Shown here piece after piece: positions 59,569-64,000 of a stretch of DNA of 64,000 bases. The notes beneath the pieces were generated by a model. It was not told where the DNA came from. It saw only the letters and a list, made by a program, of their open reading frames with translations, and searched no databases. The position numbers and the translations under genes were made by a program. Numbering within the stretch: the stretch's first letter is position 1; the number at the start of each line of letters is the position of its first letter. The DNA is from an uncultured Desulfosarcina sp. (GTDB taxonomy: Bacteria; Desulfobacterota; Desulfobacteria; Desulfobacterales; Desulfosarcinaceae): the NCBI GenBank assembly GCA_963674945.2, contig CAXXWQ010000002.1:630308-694307 (forward strand). Direction: 5' to 3'.

Positions 59569-60462
59569 TCTATCCGAGAAAAGCATGGCAAGGCGATAGT
59601 CGAGCGAGAAATTCTCAAATACCGAAGGGGCAGCAGCGGCCAGCCTTGGCATTTTCTCGATTTTTCCAAAGGTAGGGGAAATGCCGTCACTAACGAACTT
59701 GATTCAGTGACTGATGTGAGGGATCTGAACCGCGAGGACCAAGTTCTGAAGTCGCCGGATATCCTTGCTATAAAAGGGTTGGCTCAGTTTGAAAGGTTTC
59801 CGGCTGTTTTGGCATTGGGCGATCTCATTGAGAACTGGCATGTTTCCGATTTTCATATCAGTAAGGCCCGGCCGGAACAGGAGGCAGGCTATGCGGAGCA
59901 CCTTTCCAGGGAAGGTGAAAATCTATCTTTGGTCATTGAATATCTCTACAGCAATGAAAGGCCAACTTTCAAAAAGATTCTTTCACTTTTAAAGATGCGT
60001 GTACCCGGTATTTCCCACGTTGAATCCAAGACCACCGAAGAAGGCCGTGTCCTATTGAAATTTCAGGATGGTTCATTTGAAGATCCGTTTCTTGCCCGAT
60101 ATGTTTCGGATGGTACCATAAAAATGTTGGCCTACCTCACACTTTTATACGATCCGAACCCCCATCCATTGTTGTGCGTGGAGGAACCTGAAAATCAACT
60201 TTATCCCAAGTTGTTATGGGAGTTGGCAGAAGAATTCAGGGCATATGCCAACCGTGGCGGGCAGGTATTCGTCTCCACTCATTCCCCGGGTTTTCTAAAT
60301 GCAGCAAGACTCAATGAGGTGTTCTGGCTGGTGAAAAAGGATGGCTACACTCAAGTCAACCGTGCAAAAGACGATGAACAGCTGGCTGATTACATGGCGG
60401 AAGGTGATCAGATGGGCTACTTATGGGAACAGGGACTGTTTGAAGGAGCCGACCCTAGATGA
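59569..60462 (+). pseudogene. 5'-truncated AAA_21/ABC-type ATPase
   Basis: SDGT, CVEEPENQLYP and VSTHS are present. The frame is open back to an in-frame stop at 59566, with no Walker A. Confidence 0.75.
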
Positions 60463-60646
60463 AAACCATTGTGTTTTTTCTCGAAGAACCGTCGGCACGT
60501 GAAATGTTGGAGGGCGTTTTGCCTCGTATCCTGCCGGAAGACATCCGGATTCTCGATCTATAGCACCATATTTGAACTTGGAAACGAATTGTTCCGGGAG
60601 TTTTAAGGTACTATTGTCTGGAATCGCAAATCTGATAAGAGACTGA
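60459..60646 (+). pseudogene. Internally deleted DUF4276-like gene
   Basis: MKTIVFFLEEPSAREMLEGVLPRILPEDI is joined out of frame to a C-terminal-like SRSIAPYLNLETNCSGSFKVLLSGI. Confidence 0.55.
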
Positions 60647-60653
60647 AAATAAT

Positions 60654-60678
60654 AAGGGCGGGGAGAAACCCCGCCCTT
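60654..60678. terminator. Terminator-like hairpin between convergent units
   Basis: AAGGGCGGGG-AGAAA-CCCCGCCCTT, perfect 10-bp stem. Confidence 0.65.
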
Positions 60679-60725
60679 GGTATTTGAAAGAATTCGAAAA
60701 ATGCTATTATCACACACTACTTAGT

Positions 60726-61596
<871 letters not shown>

Positions 61597-61624
61597 GATT
61601 CATTCCTCGCTCGTTTGTGATAAA

Positions 61625-62791
61625 TTACTGGATCGCTTCCTTCAATTTCTCGGCGGCGTCCTTGATGTCCTTGGCATTGATCAGTTCCAGGCCCGAATCC
61701 GCAAGGATTTTGCGTCCCTCGGCAAGGTTGGTGCCTTCCATGCGGATGATTACCGGCACGCGCATGCCCACCTTCTCGGCGGCCTGAACCACGCCCTGGG
61801 CTAGGCGGTCGCAACGAAGAATTCCGCCGAAGATGTTGATCAGGATCGCCTTGACGTTTTCGTCGCTCTGGAGGATACGGAAGCCGTTTTCGATCTGCTC
61901 TGCACTGGCGCCGCCGCCGACGTCGAGGAAATTGACCGGCTTTCCGCCGGCGAACTTGATGCAGTCCATGGTGGCCATGGCCAGACCTGCACCGTTGACC
62001 ATGTTGCCCACGTTGCCGCCTTCGCCCAGGTGGATGTAGTTCAGGCCGTATTTGCCGGCTTCCACCTCGGTGGGATCTTCTTCATCCAGGTCCCGGTATT
62101 CCTGAACGTCGGGATGGCGGTAGAGCGCGTTGTCGTCGAAATCCATCTTGCCGTCCAGGGCGATGACATCGTCTTCGGCGGTGATGATCAGCGGATTGAT
62201 CTCCACCAGGGAGCAATCGTATTTGACGGCCAGGTTGTACAGGTTCTTCAGAAGGGTGGTGAAGCTCTTCATGGAAGCCTTGGGCATATTGAGTCCGAAG
62301 GCAGCGGCACGCAGATGATACCCCTGGATTCCGAGATTGGGGTCCACGTACACTTTGATGATCTTCTCCGGTGTCTTTTCCGCCACATCTTCGATGTCCA
62401 TGCCGCCGGCTTCGGAGGCCATGATGATCATTTTGGCCGTGGCGCGGTCCGGCAGAATGCTCAGGTAGAGTTCCTTGGCGATGTTGAGTCCCTGTTCGAT
62501 GAGCAGTTTCTTGACCAGCTTGCCGCCGGGACCGGTCTGCTTGGTGACCAGGTTCATCCCGAGGATCTGGTTGGCATAGGTGTCGAACTCCTCCGGGGTT
62601 TTGGCGACCTTCACGCCGCCGCCCAGGCCGCGACCACCGGCGTGAATCTGCGCTTTTACCACCACCGGGTAGGACCCCAGTTTCTCGGCAGCCGCCTTGG
62701 CCTCTTCGACAGTAAAGGCGACTTGACCGTCGGGAACGGCGACGCCGCTCTTCCGGAACAGCTCTTTGGCTTGGTATTCGTGTACTTTCAT
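61625..62791 (-). CDS. sucC: Succinyl-CoA synthetase beta subunit
   Basis: [49 protein letters not shown]. Confidence 0.96.
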   Translation of the reverse strand: MKVHEYQAKELFRKSGVAVPDGQVAFTVEEAKAAAEKLGSYPVVVKAQIHAGGRGLGGGVKVAKTPEEFDTYANQILGMNLVTKQTGPGGKLVKKLLIEQGLNIAKELYLSILPDRATAKMIIMASEAGGMDIEDVAEKTPEKIIKVYVDPNLGIQGYHLRAAAFGLNMPKASMKSFTTLLKNLYNLAVKYDCSLVEINPLIITAEDDVIALDGKMDFDDNALYRHPDVQEYRDLDEEDPTEVEAGKYGLNYIHLGEGGNVGNMVNGAGLAMATMDCIKFAGGKPVNFLDVGGGASAEQIENGFRILQSDENVKAILINIFGGILRCDRLAQGVVQAAEKVGMRVPVIIRMEGTNLAEGRKILADSGLELINAKDIKDAAEKLKEAIQ

Positions 62792-62912
62792 GGATGGGCC
62801 TCTCTTTGTTTGCTTGAATATGTCAGTAGCGTTTTTCGGGTTCATCGCGTCGTGGGGCGCCGAAGATACGGCGCCTGCCGGTATGGTTCAGCGGTCAGTA
62901 CCCGCACAAACG

Positions 62913-62957
62913 CGATGAGCATGATACCCTTTTGGAGATTGGCAACCATGCTCATCG
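62913..62957. terminator. Inverted repeat between the carboxylase gene and sucC (terminator or stabiliser)
   Basis: CGATGAGCATG...CATGCTCATCG. Confidence 0.4.
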
Positions 62958-63020
62958 TTTTGATTTCATAATTTGCGGCGCTTGACTTCCGGCACGATTC
63001 CCACGTCTTTTACATCGGTG

Positions 63021-64000
63021 CTATCCGATGACACAGAGAACGTCTCCCTTGGCCACGTTGTCTCCGGAGCCGAAGTTGATGGCCTTGATGGTTCCGCTTG
63101 CCGGTGCGGCCAGGGCGTTTTCCATTTTCATGGCCTCCAGGATCACCACGGTTTCCCCTTGACTGACCGTATCTCCCACGTTCTTTTCATATTTTACGAT
63201 CATGCCGGGCATGGGGGCGGGCAGGGGGGTGCCGTCTGCCGTGGCTGCGGCGGGTGCCGTCTTGGCGGCAGGCGCAGCGGCTTTGGCAGGTGCCGCGGGC
63301 GCGGCCGCTGCCTTGGGCGCCGCCGCCGGTGCCGCGGGAGCGGCCGGTGCCGCCGCCGGTATGCCGGATGCCTGTATCTGCTGGGCGTATTTCAAGATGG
63401 GGCTGCCACCCACTTCGTCGACGCCCACCTCGAAGTACTCGTTGTCCACGAAGACGTTGAATGTGCGGGTGTTCTCGCCCTTTTCCGGGGCGTCTTTCTT
63501 CTTTTCCACCAGCTCGCCGGCCTTGGCCTTTTTAATGAGCGCGTCTTTCTTTTTCACATCTTCCAGGGTAATGGGTTTCACCGATGCGGGCGGCTCCTCT
63601 TTGCCATACTTCCACTGGAGGAACTTCTTGCCGGTGACCGGGTAGATGGCGTAGAGCACCAGGTCGTCCATGTCCACGGCCAGCTCGCCGATCTCGGCCT
63701 TGGCTTTTTCCAGCTCGGGCTCGATCACTTCCGCCGGGCGGCAGGTGATGGGCGTCTCGCCGCGTTCGTAGCCCTTTAAGGCCTTTTTCTGGACCTCCTC
63801 GTTGATGGGCACGGCGGTCTTGCCGTACAGTCCGTAGCACAGGTCCTTGACCTGACCGGTGATCATCTTGTAGCGCTCTTCGGGAGTGTCGAAGAGAACG
63901 TTGTTGACGGTCTGGATGCCCACGATCTGGCTCGAGGGGGTCACCAGCGGAATCTGACCCAGGTCTTTTCGTACACGCGGCAGTTCCTTGTAGACCTCGT
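63021..64000 (-). CDS. Pyruvate carboxylase subunit B / oxaloacetate decarboxylase alpha-type carboxyltransferase with biotinyl domain (5' end lies outside the window)
   Basis: PLVTPSSQIVG, Ala/Pro linker, EAMKM biotin site. Confidence 0.9.
   Translation of the reverse strand, partial: EVYKELPRVRKDLGQIPLVTPSSQIVGIQTVNNVLFDTPEERYKMITGQVKDLCYGLYGKTAVPINEEVQKKALKGYERGETPITCRPAEVIEPELEKAKAEIGELAVDMDDLVLYAIYPVTGKKFLQWKYGKEEPPASVKPITLEDVKKKDALIKKAKAGELVEKKKDAPEKGENTRTFNVFVDNEYFEVGVDEVGGSPILKYAQQIQASGIPAAAPAAPAAPAAAPKAAAAPAAPAKAAAPAAKTAPAAATADGTPLPAPMPGMIVKYEKNVGDTVSQGETVVILEAMKMENALAAPASGTIKAINFGSGDNVAKGDVLCVIG

Overview
The window looks like a deltaproteobacterial, probably Desulfobacterales-like, chromosomal segment; this is inferred from gene content and style only. 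Bases 1-32.6 kb are a + strand surface-glycan locus: gmd, fcl, two sulfotransferase-like/coiled-coil proteins, a six-gene CMP-sugar-type cassette, and an AT-rich block with a second gmd, GT4, Maf/DUF115-like, FkbM and GT2/GT47 multidomain proteins. It is interrupted by four-helix-bundle genes, a Phd-RelE toxin-antitoxin pair, an AAA-DUF4143 ATPase and a decayed IS66. Bases 32.6-42.5 kb are accessory: an intact IS1595, secreted proteins, MntA-HepT, a RAYT/IS200-like HUH transposase, a truncated ATPase and a nucleotidyltransferase pair. Bases 42.5-64 kb are mostly housekeeping: pncA/pncB, amrB, nifU/nifS, regulators, hypA/hypB, sucCD and a biotin carboxyltransferase. The most striking signal is non-coding: a family of palindromic elements with tandem-heptamer arms around a conserved core, TCGCCTTCGGCTC...GAGCGAAGCGAC. 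Three copies are empty (about 120-130 bp) and two carry a four-helix-bundle (Avd/IVS-like) gene in the loop. Several other repeat-arm families nest with these elements and bracket TA/defence cargo. Other notable signals are a 189-bp x ~6.7 coiled-coil repeat (possible glycan length ruler), NrdR-box-like motifs at both ends of the IS1595 transposase, and single-base homopolymer frameshifts in sucD and in one four-helix-bundle gene. All calls are by eye; no searches were run.
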